Notes: generated from the sequence alone by a model not told the origin. A stretch of DNA of 23,200 nucleotides from Tubiluchus corallicola (GCA_030141605.1 JAQGDQ010001858.1:1-23200), one strand, 5' to 3'; counted from the stretch's first letter, positions 1 through 12,618 are shown. Program-made: numbers and translations.

Positions 1-198
1 GTACATAGTTTTTGAGTTAAGTGATCAGACGTTACAGTATGTTGATGTAATCCATGCCAGCCAGTTTAATAAAATAAATCAGTTTTAACAAAAAATACTT
101 AATAAATCATTCGTGTTGACATGCATTTTCCATTGCTCTAGCAGTACTATAAAATTGCTAACTTGTCAGAGTGTGAACACTCTATGGTGAAATAACCG

Positions 199-1459
199 CA
201 GCACTGTTAATTCAACAATGATTAACATTGTGTTAATCAACAGCATTGTTAATTCAACAATGATAAACATTGTGTTAATCAACAGCACTGTTAATTCAAC
301 AATGATAAACATTGTGTTAATCAACAGCACCGTTAATTCAACAATGATAAACATTGTTAATCAACAGCACTGTCAACAATGATTAACATTGTGTTAATCA
401 ACAGCACTGTTAATTTAGCAATGATGAACATTACGTTAATCAACAGCACTGTTAATTCTACAATGATAAACATTGTGTTAATCAACAGCACTGTCAACAA
501 TAATGAACATTACGTTAATCAACAGCACTGTTAATTCAACAATGATAAACATTACGTTAATCAACAGCACCGTTAATTCAACAATGATAAACATTGGGTT
601 AATCAACAGCACTGTCAACAATGATAAACATTGTGTTAATTAACAGCACTGTTAATTCAACAATGATAAACATTGTGTTAATCAACAGCACTGTTAATTC
701 AACAATGATAAACATTGTGTTAATCAACAGCACTGTTAATTCAACAATGATAAACATTGTGTTAATCAACAGCACTGTTAATTCAACAATGATAAACATT
801 ACGTTAATCAACAGCACTGTTAATTCAACAATGATAAACATTACGTTAATCAACAGCACTGTTAATTCAACAATGATAAACATTACGTTAATCAACAGCA
901 CTGTTAATTCAACAATGATAAACATTACGTTAATCAACAGCACTGTTAATTCAACAATGATAAACATTACGTTAATCAACAGCACTGTTAATTCAACAAT
1001 GATAAACATTGTGTTAATCAACAGCACTGTTAATTCAACAATGATAAACATTACGTTAATCAACAGCACTGTTAATTCAACAATGACAAACATTGTGTTA
1101 ATCAACAGCGCTGTTAATTCAACAATGACAAACATTGTGTTAATCAACAGCACTGTTAATTCAACAATGATAAACATTGTGTTAATCAACAGTACTGTTA
1201 ATTCAACAATGATAAACATTGTGTTAATCAACAGCACCGTTAATTCAACAATGATAAACATTATGTTAATCAACAGCACTGTTAATTCAACAATGATTAA
1301 AATTGTGTTAATCAACAGCACTGTTAATTCAACAATGATTAAAATTGTGTTAATCAACAGCACTGTTAATTCAACAATGATAAACATTGTGTTAATCAAC
1401 AGCACTGTTAATTCAACAATGATTAATATTATGTTAATCAACAGCACTGTTAATTCAAC
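199..1459. repeat. 42-bp minisatellite, ~30 copies
   Basis: Unit AATGATAAACATTGTGTTAATCAACAGCACTGTTAATTCAAC repeated head-to-tail, with ATTACG/ATTGTG variants and a few shortened units (CACTGTCAAC). Produces the spurious (MINIVLINSTVNST)n ORFs. Confidence 0.97.
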
Positions 1460-1600
1460 TTTGACGAAATTTGGCTCAGTGAATGATTGTAAACTCAATG
1501 AGAATAAAAAACTTAACGCTTTATTACTACGGGTGCTAGGCTTTTGTGTTTTGACAAGATGATGTTGAATAATATTTGAACCTGTCTTTTGTCAAGGTCA

Positions 1601-1702
1601 GTTTTAAAAATTTTGGTACAGCGTACTGTTAAAGTTTTAACAAATTTTGGTACAGCGTACTGTTAAAGTTTTAACAAATTTTGGTACAGCGTACTGTTAA
1701 AG
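1601..1702. repeat. 34-bp tandem repeat, ~3 copies
   Basis: AAATTTTGGTACAGCGTACTGTTAAAGTTTTAAC x3; shares the ACAGC..CTGTTAA core with the 42-bp unit. Confidence 0.9.
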
Positions 1703-2441
1703 ATAGGGTGTTTGTTTAGTGTTGTTGTATAATACTCCAGCTGACGTGTTTGTTTAATGAAAAATAGATCTTGGGTGAAAATTGAAGTACAGTGCTACTG
1801 TAAGATATTCAGTGTGTTGTACAAAAACTAGGCAAGTTTTAAGATAAGAATTCAAATTTACCACTGTGCTCACGCATGAGCTGCTGAACATGTGAAGTTC
1901 GCCATAAAATAACACATCGGAGCTGAGAGGTACAGCACCTGTTTTTGTGCAATGCTTTTCCGACATGCAAGCGCTAATGCAGTCTAACTAGCGAATGGTG
2001 AAATGCATGTAACAGGGATGAACTAGTGGTGCGAACGAGAAATTGTGTTTGTGTGGTAATAATTCTTTCACGTAAGTCATTTTTGAAAAAAGAGTATGTT
2101 TCTTTTCAATATTTTAAAGAGTAGATTGTTTTGACCTGCAGTTTAAGATTGGGTCCGGTTTTGCCTTAACTATGTTAATAAATAAATATATATATATACT
2201 ATACATGCTAAACTATCCCAATAAGCTAATAATTCTGTTACACAAAACTGCTAGTTTACACAGAGGAAATCACCAGTAATCACTCTGAACAGTATTGCAT
2301 TGTTATATAAAAGCACTTTTAAGTACATTGTCTTAAGTAGGGTGAAGGAGTGGTCTAGATTTCGGACTGTAACTACGCAGTCTTGAGTTCGATACTAGTG
2401 ACCGCCAACGCCAGGACATCCAATATTACCGTCGACGAATA

Positions 2442-2705
2442 TTGCCGAATTGTAACTGTGGATTTCGATTTGAGTCTGTTGAACACTTTCTGTTGCACTG
2501 CCCATTGTATCAACTAACTAGGGTAGTTATGTTTGATAAATTAAATGAAATACTTCTGCCCGAAAACCTTAATATAGCTGTCTTAGGAAATAATGCTCTG
2601 TTGAAGTTGTTATTATTCGGAAAAGATGAATTTAACTATGTTGCTAACTGTAAAATATTCCAATGCATACATGACTTTATATTACGTACTAAACGCTTCC
2701 AGTAG
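2442..2705 (+). pseudogene. C-terminal remnant of LINE ORF2 (CCHC zinc-knuckle region)
   Basis: CNCG-x3-ESVEHFLLHCPLY is the post-RT CCHC motif. The ORF ends FILRTKRFQ*, typical of invertebrate CR1-like ORF2. Confidence 0.8.
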
Positions 2706-2772
2706 TTTCTATCTGATATGAAATGCATCAGTCTTAAATAATCGTACATTAATATTTTTTAACAGTCATTTT

Positions 2773-3068
2773 CTACTAATGTCTGATGTATTCTTGTAGT
2801 AAAACTTGTTAGCTTGTGTAGTCATAGTCTATTCTTACTGTAAATGTTACTAATGTCTAATGTAATCTTGTAGTAAAACTTGTCAGCTTGTGTAGTTATA
2901 GTCTATTCTTACTGTAAATGTTACTAATGTCTAATGTAATCTTGTAGTAAAGCTTGTCAGCTTGTGTAGTTATAGTCTATTCTTACTGTAAATGTTACTA
3001 ATGTCTAATGTAATCTTGTAGTAAAACTTGCCAGCTTGTGTAGTTATAGTCTATTCTTACTGTAAATG
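2773..3068. repeat. 74-bp tandem unit x4 in the LINE 3' UTR
   Basis: TTACTAATGTCTAATGTAATCTTGTAGTAAAACTTGTCAGCTTGTGTAGTTATAGTCTATTCTTACTGTAAATG; the first copy is the most diverged. Confidence 0.95.
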
Positions 3069-3659
3069 TTTTTGTAAATAGTGTGTAAAGTCTGTTGTGG
3101 TGAGGATCCTAAATCATGTTGTTCAAACTGTCTGATCCAATCCTAAATAAATTATGTTTAAACTAACGCCAGGACATTATACCTTACCTGTATTGTCGTA
3201 TGTGCAAGTCGCTAAATAAGCGTTGGTGCGGTTAATAAATCTTGTCTTTTTTGTTCAAAAAACGTAGCATGTACAAATTGTACAGGTAAAAATTCTGTGA
3301 CGTAACGCAGACTACATGCATAAAGTATAAAGTGAGTTGCGCGCTGTGTTAATCCTCCTGTCTTAAGCACAAAACAAAGTTAACATAGTATACATACAAC
3401 AAAGCGGGCTATAAAGGTTTACTTAATGCCATAATAATCTACATCTAGCGGGTACATCTTGATACTTTAAAACTCCGCAACAGTTTTTGATTACTACATT
3501 ATTTATTTATTTCACTCCTGGGTGTCTGAAAAGCAAGGTTGTTCGAAAGCAAGTGTTTGAGCATCTTTGCAAATCTTTCTGTTTATGACGCTAAACTCCT
3601 ATAAAAAGTACATTATCATTATTAACTAACATAAAGTGAATACGTAGTTGTTTTGTTAA

Positions 3660-4206
3660 AGGAAAACCGGACGACTGTGTAAGCATTAGTTCAAAATAAA
3701 GAATGCTCTAAAATATTGAAAACTACAACAGCTTTTTTAAATCAAAGCTTAGATTAAATAATAATTATCTCGGATACTCAAATTTCGTTAAACTTTCAAA
3801 GTTACGCGCGGCTCAGTGAATCTACTAAGATTGGCGGCGGCGCCTTTTTGTCACATTCGCGTGGCCGACAAATAGAAGGCTGTACCGTGATAAGCATGAT
3901 CATGAACTGCAGTGTTAGTTTCTGACATCGTATGATATAGAGCCCATGTTTCGTGACATCATACGTTTAAACAGCACTATAATCTTATGCAAATGTCCTT
4001 GATGCGCAAGGGAAGATGCCTGCCATTGCACAAACCGTGGTTAGTTTCTGACGTAAGCAATAGCTGTGTTCGATTGCCGTTACTTAACTTTCTAAGCAAA
4101 TTATTCAAATATAAAAAACAATTGTTAACTTTTATAGGCAAGAAAATGTATATTTTTGACAGTAAACTAAAATGAGATTGAGTATAAACAATCGTCCGGT
4201 CTTCCT
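3660..4206. mobile_element. MITE with TTAA target duplication (Kolobok-like)
   Basis: 19-bp TIRs AGGAAAACCGGACGACTGT (3660-3678) and ACAATCGTCCGGTCTTCCT (4188-4206), 2 mismatches. Flanked by TTAA on both sides. AG termini fit Kolobok rather than piggyBac. Confidence 0.8.
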
Positions 4207-4630
4207 TTAAATATACATTATGCAGTGAAATGACGTCACATTCTAAAAGACAAAACAAACATGAGTACTTCAGGTTCTGCTCCGCGATCACCTAGCGTGT
4301 TTGTTGTTGTCTCTTCATTTTTACAAGAACTTGTACATAGGGTGAATCTAAAGTCAATTTTAAACAAATAATACAATATTATTATCCCTTCAAAACGCAT
4401 AACTAGGCCCCGTCCTCATAAATAGAATTTCACCTGTATAACAAAGACATGCAATTGCCCATCAACATGACTACCAATTTTTTCTTGCATTTATGGTCAT
4501 AAGACACAAAATACTATAACACATATCTAAATTTACATAAGAGTATTTACAATAGATTTGACACGAGTAGTACATAAACAACTAGCTTTTAGCCGTCCTT
4601 GTAATTATCGTATGCTTTTTAATAACAGTA

Positions 4631-5130
4631 CACTCATACCTCAGTTTTCGAACGTACAAATCGGTTTTCGATCAGAAACTTCGAGTTGAAATTGTCTCCG
4701 TTCTCGACCAGAATTTCGGTACTCGACCAACCGCCAAGAACGTGATGAACGCATGCGCGGCGAACCGAGCAGAGCCGAGCGTAACCGACCGCGCCCGAGA
4801 GTAGTCACGCACGTGTTTCTGCTCTTACTTACGTATACCACCACACTGCTACCAACACGTAAGGTTTTTCATGCAGGAATAATTATGTTTCTCTTTCTGA
4901 GGAATTCTATTATGTATTTCTTATCGATAATATCACATCTACTGCTTGAATAAACATTTTTGCATTATTATATTTCGTTTTAGTAATACTTTACAGTTCA
5001 TTTGGTGCTTGAGAACGGATTATTTGCATTTACATTATTTCTTATGGGAATAAATGATTCGGTTCTCAACCAAATTGGTTTTCAAACACTTTTTAGCAAC
5101 GAATTATGGTCGAAAACCGAGGTATGACTG
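4631..5130. mobile_element. Tc1/mariner (pogo/Tigger-like) MITE
   Basis: 21-bp TIRs CACTCATACCTCAGTTTTCGA and TCGAAAACCGAGGTATGACTG (2 mismatches), with TA on both flanks (4629-30, 5131-32). Confidence 0.85.
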
Positions 5131-5595
5131 TACGATAAAATTATTATAATTTAAATTTAAAAACAAAAATGTACTCGTGTTCATAATGAACATTCGTCAT
5201 TAAATGGCTGTCACGGTATTTTATAAATTTTGTCAAATATTCTTTACTGACCACCTGGTTGAGGCCGTTTTGTGCTTCAAAGTATAATAAAAATGACAAA
5301 ATTTAAGATGGCTTCGCATTTTTCTGAACACTTGTCAATGTTGCAAAAATCCAAGATGGCCACCCACCACCTGTAATTGGGTAGGTAAGTATGCAATAAC
5401 TAGCAAGTAACTATGCGTAAGTACAGCTCAAATTATAGTGTTTTTTCTGAATCACAAGCGTGTTATTTTAACTTTTTTTAAACTTACTTTTGTAACAACT
5501 AATGCATAACTCTGTAATACTGAAATTTCTTGGTATCACCATGTAAAACAATATGTTAATAATTATGTTCTTGCCAATACTCATAGTAATCTCGT

Positions 5596-6101
<506 letters not shown>

Positions 6102-6328
6102 TACTTATCATTCATTGTGATTCTCGGACACTGACTATAGCTTAAGTTAATATACTCGCTATCCCTTGCGTCTGTTTCCCACAAGATTTGTCCACTGTAA
6201 TAATAATCTATGAAACTCTAGCAGCTGATCTGCAGTCAATTGCTTGTGTAGGAAAAGCCGAGAAACCCAGTAAACTTTGAGACATGATAATTTTGTTGTG
6301 ACGCAGAAGCGGCCTGACCTTCGAATGA

Positions 6329-6416
6329 GCACACGCGCACGCACGCGCACACACACACACGCACGCACGCGCACTCACACGCACACACACACACGCACGC
6401 GTGCGCGCAAGCACAC
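6329..6416. repeat. alternating purine-pyrimidine (CA/CG) tract
   Basis: GCACACGCGCACGCACGCGCACACACAC...; Z-DNA-compatible composition. Confidence 0.85.
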
Positions 6417-6480
6417 AAACAAAAGATTAAATATAATGAGCAAATTAATGCAACTTTGGGGTTAAAATAAAGATTTCTTG

Positions 6481-6701
6481 TTATTGTTATAATTATAATT
6501 ATTATTATTATTGTTATTATTATTATTGTTGTTGTTGTTATTATTATTATTATTATTGTTATTGTTATTATTATTATTATTATTATTATTGTCATTGTCA
6601 TTGTCATTGTCATTGTCATTGTCATTGTCATTGTCATTGTCATTGTCATTGTCATTGTCATTGTCATTGTCATTGTCATTGTCATTATCATTATCATTAT
6701 T

Positions 6702-6751
<50 letters not shown>

Positions 6752-6758
6752 TATCATC

Positions 6759-6800
<42 letters not shown>
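6481..6800. repeat. compound microsatellite (ATT/GTT, TGTCAT, CAT)
   Basis: (TTA)n, (TTGTCA)n, (TCA)n, (TTA)n; reverse-complement polarity relative to 5596-6101. Confidence 0.97.
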
Positions 6801-6801
<1 letters not shown>

Positions 6802-7772
6802 CTATTTATATTTATTATTACTGTTATTAAAATATTGTGTCCATACTGTTCGTGTTTGTAAGTTTAATCATCTACTGATTGTATTCGAGTAACTTGTTTT
6901 ATCAAATCGATAAGTATTAGTTCTGCTTCCCATTGTTTTTTCATTTTTATACTTTGCACTCACTACTTGCACCCTGGAGATACCTGTATCAGATCCAGTC
7001 TGTTTAGTAAATTCACTATAAATAAATCACATTTGAACTGAACTGAAACTAATGAATGAATGAAGCCACCTAACTACTTGCTGTACGCGGGCATAACATA
7101 AAAGAACTTTGATTTTTACTTAAATTCGAAGCCGTTTTGTGTCTCGGTGATTCTTACTTTACATTACTTTACTTTACTTTAAACATTACTTCTTTCTCAC
7201 CATCAATTACTTTTTTCTCACCACCAATTACTTTTTTCTCACCATCAATTGAATTTTTCCCGCCTTTACACTTTTACACGGTTACATTTTTTCCGTTTCC
7301 GGTTTCCTGTGCATCTCTTCCGCTTGTTGATTTTTATTCTGATTCATTTGCTTGCTGGATCACTAAGGTTATTATCCTGATTGTTCATCTGTTCTTTCGT
7401 TCGCTTACTCATGCAATCATTCAGTCTTTCGTTCATTTATTTCATCTTCTTCTTATTTCTTCTTTATCTCTTTCTTGTCGTTTCTTCGCAGTCTTCTTTA
7501 CGGCTACCTCTCTTGCCTTTCATGCTTTACGTTTCGGTCTTCCCTTTTTCTTCCTCCTATTCTGAACTTCTACTTTTCTTTCTTTTTCTGTTTCTTTCGT
7601 TTTTGTTGTTGCCCTTCTTTCATCGCACAACGCGTTGAAAAGAATAAAATTGATTGTACATTATATTCTACGTTTCTATTTTAAGTTCTTACGTCATTAC
7701 TTCACATTTCCGTGTTCTGAACGATGATGGAGATGTCGTCCAGATTTTACTGTCACCTCAGATCTGGAACCT

Positions 7773-8057
7773 TCAGTGTAGCGACCTGGAATCTTCCCGT
7801 CTCGCCTTGATGTCGCGAAATCGCTTAGAAAGTCGCTGTACCTTGTACCGGAAGTTCCGGGACATGAAAGCGTACAGGAATGGATTGAGACAGGAGTGAA
7901 TGAGCGGAAGCCACTCTGACAGGATGACTACCATGTAAGCATATTTCTGTTGCATCATCCAGGGTGGGAAAAGGAAACCCTTCCAGACACGAATAATCAC
8001 ATACGGTCCCCAGCAGACAAGGAACAGGAGCAAGATGGCGACAAGCATATTCATCAC
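7773..8057 (-). CDS. terminal coding exon of a class A (rhodopsin-like) peptide-receptor-type GPCR: TM6, ECL3, TM7, helix 8, C-tail
   Basis: VMNMLVAILLLFLVCWGP (CWxP of TM6), LPLIHSCLNPFLY (NPxxY of TM7), AFMSRNFR (helix 8). Preceded by polypyrimidine tract plus AG (TTTTATTTTTTCAG|GTG), phase 0; stop TGA at 7773. Confidence 0.92.
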   Translation of the reverse strand: MMNMLVAILLLFLVCWGPYVIIRVWKGFLFPPWMMQQKYAYMVVILSEWLPLIHSCLNPFLYAFMSRNFRYKVQRLSKRFRDIKARREDSRSLH

Positions 8058-8347
8058 CTGAAAAAATAAAAAAAATCATCTCTTATCGCAGTTATGAACC
8101 ACACTTTTCCATATGTGAACGAACAGACAGATGAACAAACAAACAAACAACTGGCCAAGCGATCGAACGAGCACACGAATGAGCGTATAAACAAAGAATC
8201 ATAGAACGCGAACGCGAACGAGAAAGACGATGAAATATAGTAACCAGTCAATAAGTTACAGGCAGTCAGTTAGTCAGTCAGTCAGTGATTAAATTACTGA
8301 GTCAATTAGTCAGTCAGAAGTCGATCAACCAGTAAGTCCAATAGTTG

Positions 8348-8692
8348 GTCTGTCTGTCTGCTTCCGTCTGTGTGCCTGCCTGTCTCTCTGTCTGTCTACC
8401 TGCCTGTCTCTCTCTCTGTCTGCCTGCCTGTCTCTCTCTCTGTCTGCCTGCCTGTCTCTCTCTCTGTCTGCCTGCCTGTCTCTCTCTCTGTCTGCCTGCC
8501 TGTCTCTCTGTCTGTCTACCTGCCTGTCTCTCTGTCTGCCTGCGTGCCTGTCTCTCTGTCTGTCTACCTGCCTGTCTCTCTGTCTGTCTGCCTGCCTGTC
8601 TCTCTGTCTGTCTACCTGCCTGTCTCTCTCTCTGTCTGCCTGCCTGTCTCTCTGTCTGTCTGCCTGCCTGTCTCTCTGTCTGTCTGCCTGTC
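8348..8692. repeat. 24-bp microsatellite-derived tandem repeat, ~14 copies
   Basis: (CTGCCTGTCTCTCTGTCTGTCTAC/GC)n, built from CTGC/CTGT/CTCT tetramers. Confidence 0.93.
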
Positions 8693-9092
8693 AATCAATC
8701 AATCAAACTAATCAATTGATCAGCTAGTCACCCCCATCAAATCAACAAATCACTCAGCCAGTCACTAAAACTTCTTAAAACATTATATTTTTTCTTCAAA
8801 ACAACGTCGAGCAAGTCGAGCAATCTTACAACTGCAAAAGCCAACGCCATAACTTCTGTTCGTCGGTCAAGTGGCTCGCGGCTTCACAGTGAACAGTGAC
8901 TACTGACTACACTAATACAATCGACAGCTTAATCCAAACAAACATGAACTCAACGCTCTACACGTTAACCTAGATCTGAGAAACAATCTCTCAACTAGCA
9001 TGGATGGTGCCAAAACACGAAAACTTGGTGAACATTTCAGACTTTGTGAGTCGTATATCTTGAAAGTTCTCAGTGAAGTTTTATCTGAATTA

Positions 9093-9465
9093 CCGTATTT
9101 ATTCGAGTACAACGCGCGCACGTGTATAACGCGCACCCCTAATTTTCGATTAAAAATCGGTATAAAATTTTGTTTCACTGTTTCTCGACTCAGACCAAGC
9201 ATTGTAAGTGACAAACGTTGTTGAACAACTCCAATCTCTAACATTCGTCTCTGTACAGTGAATTCTCGGCTAGCTGCTCGATTTCCGTGGGCCAGGCACC
9301 GTCTAGACAAACCGTCTGACTGTCTGACAAAGTCTGCTGATGACGCAAATATTATTGATTACATCCTTAGCTACGCCTCACCCCAGCCCTCGTTTATAAC
9401 GCCCACCCAAACTTTGAGTTCTTTTTAGGTAGAAAATTTTGCGCGTTATACTCGAATAAATACGG
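9093..9465. mobile_element. Tc1/mariner (pogo-like) MITE
   Basis: 25-bp TIRs CCGTATTTATTCGAGTACAACGCGC and GCGCGTTATACTCGAATAAATACGG (1 mismatch), TA flanks, and internal repeats TATAACGC(G/C)CACCC. Confidence 0.9.
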
Positions 9466-9753
9466 TAATTTGAAAATATCGGCGCTTGGCCAGGCTAACA
9501 AAATTTTACATGTTCAGGGAAAAGTTTTTTTAGTTTTAAATTAATAACAACTGAAGTGGATCAATAAGTTCTATATTATCAGAATTTATTTCATTTTATT
9601 TTATTTATTTTTTATGCTTATTTCAGTACATAAGAAGTAGCATAGAATAATAAACAAAGCTTAGTTAAAAATCACAATTAAAAATATCACTGCAAAATAA
9701 TTAAAATAAATATTATTTATTTATTAAGCTACATATGTAAAAAACGGTTAGTA

Positions 9754-9990
9754 ATATATATATATATATATATATATATAATGTAATGTAATGTAATATA
9801 GTATAGTATAGTATAGTATAGTATAGTATAGTATAGTATGGTATGGTATGGTATGGTATGGTATAGTATAGTATAGTATAGCATAGCATAGCATAGCATA
9901 GCATAGCATAGCATAGCATAGCATAGCATAGCATAACATAACATAACATAACATAACATAACATAACATAACATTATATATACATATATA
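9754..9990. repeat. (TA)n followed by a stepwise pentanucleotide series
   Basis: (ATGTA)n, (ATAGT)n, (ATGGT)n, (ATAGT)n, (ATAGC)n, (ATAAC)n. Confidence 0.95.
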
Positions 9991-10543
9991 AAGGGCTAGT
10001 AAATCTATATTCCCAATGGGCAAATATATTAGAAGTTAAAATGACATCAGTGTTATGAATAAAACTACGTATGACTTCATTGCTTGAATTTAAAACTTGC
10101 TGACGGAGTCTAAAGTGTTTCTACGTAAAATGACTTTAAAATGATTACAGCCATTTTCGACACGTATTCTAGATGCTGTGGTGCCCATATGGTAAACAAA
10201 AAACTTCGTCAATGCAAAATAGTAGGCCGTTTTGAATTTCGTAATAGTACCAACGTTAGAGCGATCCAGAGGTCAGAACAGTAAAAAGTTGAACAACAAG
10301 ATTCAAACAGAACATGTTTGACATCAGCAGAGCAAAATGTAACATTTCTGCAAAGAATTATGTAATATTAGCTCTTCACACCGCTCTGAAATCTGCACTC
10401 ATATTGTAAAATTTTGTTTATAAGCCTCTTTTGTTACTCATTAATTACATTTATAGTTTATGTAACAGAAACTACAATTTGTTTGCAATCACCAAATGGT
10501 TGAAATAGTTCATATTTGCAGAAAAGATAGAAAATACAGCTAA

Positions 10544-11621
10544 AGGAACAACCAACCCTCGAACAACATTTATTGCATTTTAATGTACAATTGAAAACAT
10601 TGAAATCACATGTGTCGGTGAGACTTCAAGGGAAGGGAAAGTCCACAAAGAAGTGGTCAGACCCGCTCTAATCTATGGGCTGGAAGCAGCTTCTCTAAAG
10701 AAGACCGAAGAGAAGAAAAAGGATGTGGTGGAGATGAGGATGTTGAGATGGATCGTGGAAATAACAAGAAGAGATAAAATTAGAAATAATAATGTCAGAG
10801 GAACAGTAAAAGTAGTGGAAGCCTCGCAAGATTGCGATGGTATGGACACCTGAAAAGAAGAGTCGGTGAAGATCATGTGGGAAGGGAAGACATAAATGAA
10901 GAGATGGTCAACAACAGGAATGAATGGAGAAGACTCATTCACAATGGCGACCCCGAATAGGGAAAAGCTGGGAAGAAGAAGAAGAAGAAAATATTGAAAT
11001 CACAATGCAAAATGTGCGCATAGAATTCTTTGCTTAAAAATGTAAAAGAAATTTAAATGTTTCTTATCTTCCCATAAACGTAGCTGCCGGCATATTTGAA
11101 AAAATGACGTAAGCTGGTGTCTGCTGGGCAGCGTGAATGCTGTGAAGGCAAGCTGTGATGAAGGTACGCGTTGAGAAATTTCTACAGTTCACTCAGAAGT
11201 TCAGTTATTCTAGCATTGTATTTAAATGTGTTTATGTAAAAATTAGTCATTTGATCAATTATGACCAAGTTTAAAGTGTTATATATAGCTTTAACCCACA
11301 GGATTATACCGTAAATGTGTAAGTAGTATACATTAATTGCGTACAGTAGGTACGGGGTGGGTTACTTAGTTTATAGAGATCGCCCTGTAAGTTGAAACAG
11401 ACGTTGAAGCACTTGGCAGAATAACTGTTTATATTGCACGGAAACCAGATGACGTCATTTTTCGTCTAAAATCAACGCCCCCAAGCGTGACGTAATCACG
11501 ACTTTAAATTGATTTTTGCTAATTACACGAGATGCTTATCACAATTTCATTGCTGAAACTTTCTAACATTTTCCCCAAACATTAAAGTAAGCTCAAATTT
11601 TCGAGAGGCTTGCCTTTTGCT
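10544..11621. mobile_element. possible old Kolobok-like non-autonomous element hosting the RTE fragment
   Basis: Left CTAA|AGGAACAACCAACCCTCGAA versus reverse complement of right end TTAA|AGCAAAAGGCAAGCCTCTCGAA; degenerate TIR only. Confidence 0.3.
10611..10986 (+). mobile_element. 5'-truncated, internally deleted RTE-clade LINE 3' end
   Basis: VRPALIYGLEA...EMRMLRW...TRRDKIRN..VRG, then RLRWYGHL in a shifted frame and NRNEWRRLIHNGDPE*. (GAA)n tail; 18-bp TSD GAAAA(C/T)ATTGAAATCACA at 10593-10610 and 10987-11004. Confidence 0.88.
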
Positions 11622-12416
11622 TTAATGGCCGCTATTTAGAAGAAGCTGATGAACGGTAATAGCTGAACCAACCAAGCATAATTTAATAGACCTTCCACGC
11701 ATCGAATCACACCACATGGTCTCAGTGATCAAACAACGTGATATTTCATCGTCACTTAATCTTCTGTTTGATGTCTTAGCGCAACATCAGTCACAGATGA
11801 AAGAGTTACATCAACATGGTAGGCTCACAATTCATTTGTATTCAAATTGGCTTCTCTTCTCGTACCGATATACTGCGAATTTGACTGTTGTGTTTAATAT
11901 ACGCCGGCTCTGTCCGGAATAGAGAGATTACTTGTTGCCGTACCCGGCGGGAAAGATACGCATCTTTGAGATGTGTTTATTGACACGTTAGACATTAGGA
12001 AGAGACAGCTGCAGGTGTTTTACACAGACAGAGGGGAACCTCTGTCCATCTCCGTATGTCCAGCTTGAGTGCTGATGGTTTGATAAGCATTTTCCGGTAT
12101 CTGTTGGTAAAGCAGTGGACATGCCGAAAATAGAACTACATTAATGAATAGTCTGCCATTCCACGTGCCCACATTCCAGTACATTACTTCAGTAACTTTA
12201 CCAACTTTACTGTTTGTCACTTCTAGTAGATCACAAGGTGAAGCCAAGTATTAAATGAGCAACTAACAGAGAAATGTCCATCTTTTCGAAACATTTCGCT
12301 TTGATGTTGCCGCAGACTTTTACTCTTCTTTGATTGGGTCTTTTTCACATGCAAAATTTTTGTTTCTGTGCTGTAAATTAACTCATGTACTTTTGTGAAT
12401 CTAGGGGCAAAAAATC

Positions 12417-12618
12417 CATAACGTAACGTAACGTATCGTAGCGCAACATAACACAACACAACATAACATGACATAACGTAAGGTAAGGTAAGGTAAGGTA
12501 AGGTAACGTAACGTAACATAACATACCGTAACGTAACGATCGTAACACAACACAACGTAACGTAACGTAACGCAACGCACCGTAACAACGCAACGTAACG
12601 TAACGTAACATAACATAA
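12417..12618. repeat. compound pentanucleotide microsatellite
   Basis: Mixed (ACGTA), (AGGTA), (ACATA), (ACACA) and (ACGCA) units. Confidence 0.92.

Larger units (their letters stand above)
1..1721. mobile_element. possible right arm of a non-autonomous CACTA/EnSpm-like DNA element carrying the 42- and 34-bp arrays
   Basis: The repeat zone ends at ...GTGTTTGTTTAGTG (1721), whose reverse complement begins CACTA. Related subterminal repeats precede it. The left end is not visible in the window. Confidence 0.3.
2420..3164 (+). mobile_element. 5'-truncated CR1/L2-group non-LTR retrotransposon with 13-bp target-site duplication
   Basis: Perfect TSD AACGCCAGGACAT at 2407-2419 and 3165-3177. ORF2 C-terminus is followed by a 3' UTR with 4x 74-bp unit, a GGATC...GATCC/ATCCT stem-loop, AATAAA (3146) and the end TTATGTTTAAACT. 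Confidence 0.85.
2338..3240 (+). mobile_element. probable tRNA-derived SINE, split by the LINE insertion at 2420-3164
   Basis: A-box-like GGAGTGGTCTAG (2347-2358) and B-box-like GAGTTCGATAC (2385-2395). After the insertion, GCAAGTCGCTAAATAAGCGT...AATAAAT (3204-3240) resembles L2-derived SINE tails. Confidence 0.45.

Noticed and set aside
599-1562. 299-313 aa repetitive ORFs on both strands
   Set aside because: Artefact of a stop-free 42-bp unit; no splice context or domain.
3283-4436. Possible TA-flanked element with CAGGT(A/G)AAATTCT ends enclosing the TTAA MITE
   Set aside because: Only ~14 bp of imperfect match; too weak.
6900-7050. LINE-like tail (AATAAA followed by (GAACT)n)
   Set aside because: No ORF remnant or TSD found.
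7137-7684. Hydrophobic plus-strand ORFs resembling membrane proteins
   Set aside because: Pyrimidine-rich low-complexity sequence, antisense to the probable GPCR 3' UTR.
7690-7790. Alternative minus-strand frame continuing past the GPCR stop (RYTEGSRSEVTVKSG...)
   Set aside because: Short, and no evidence of a frameshift or splice; the existing C-tail is plausible.
11640-12410. Coding-like composition, with an ITPHGL string reminiscent of tyrosine recombinases
   Set aside because: The frames I translated contain multiple stops and no second motif is recognisable; a translated search would be needed.
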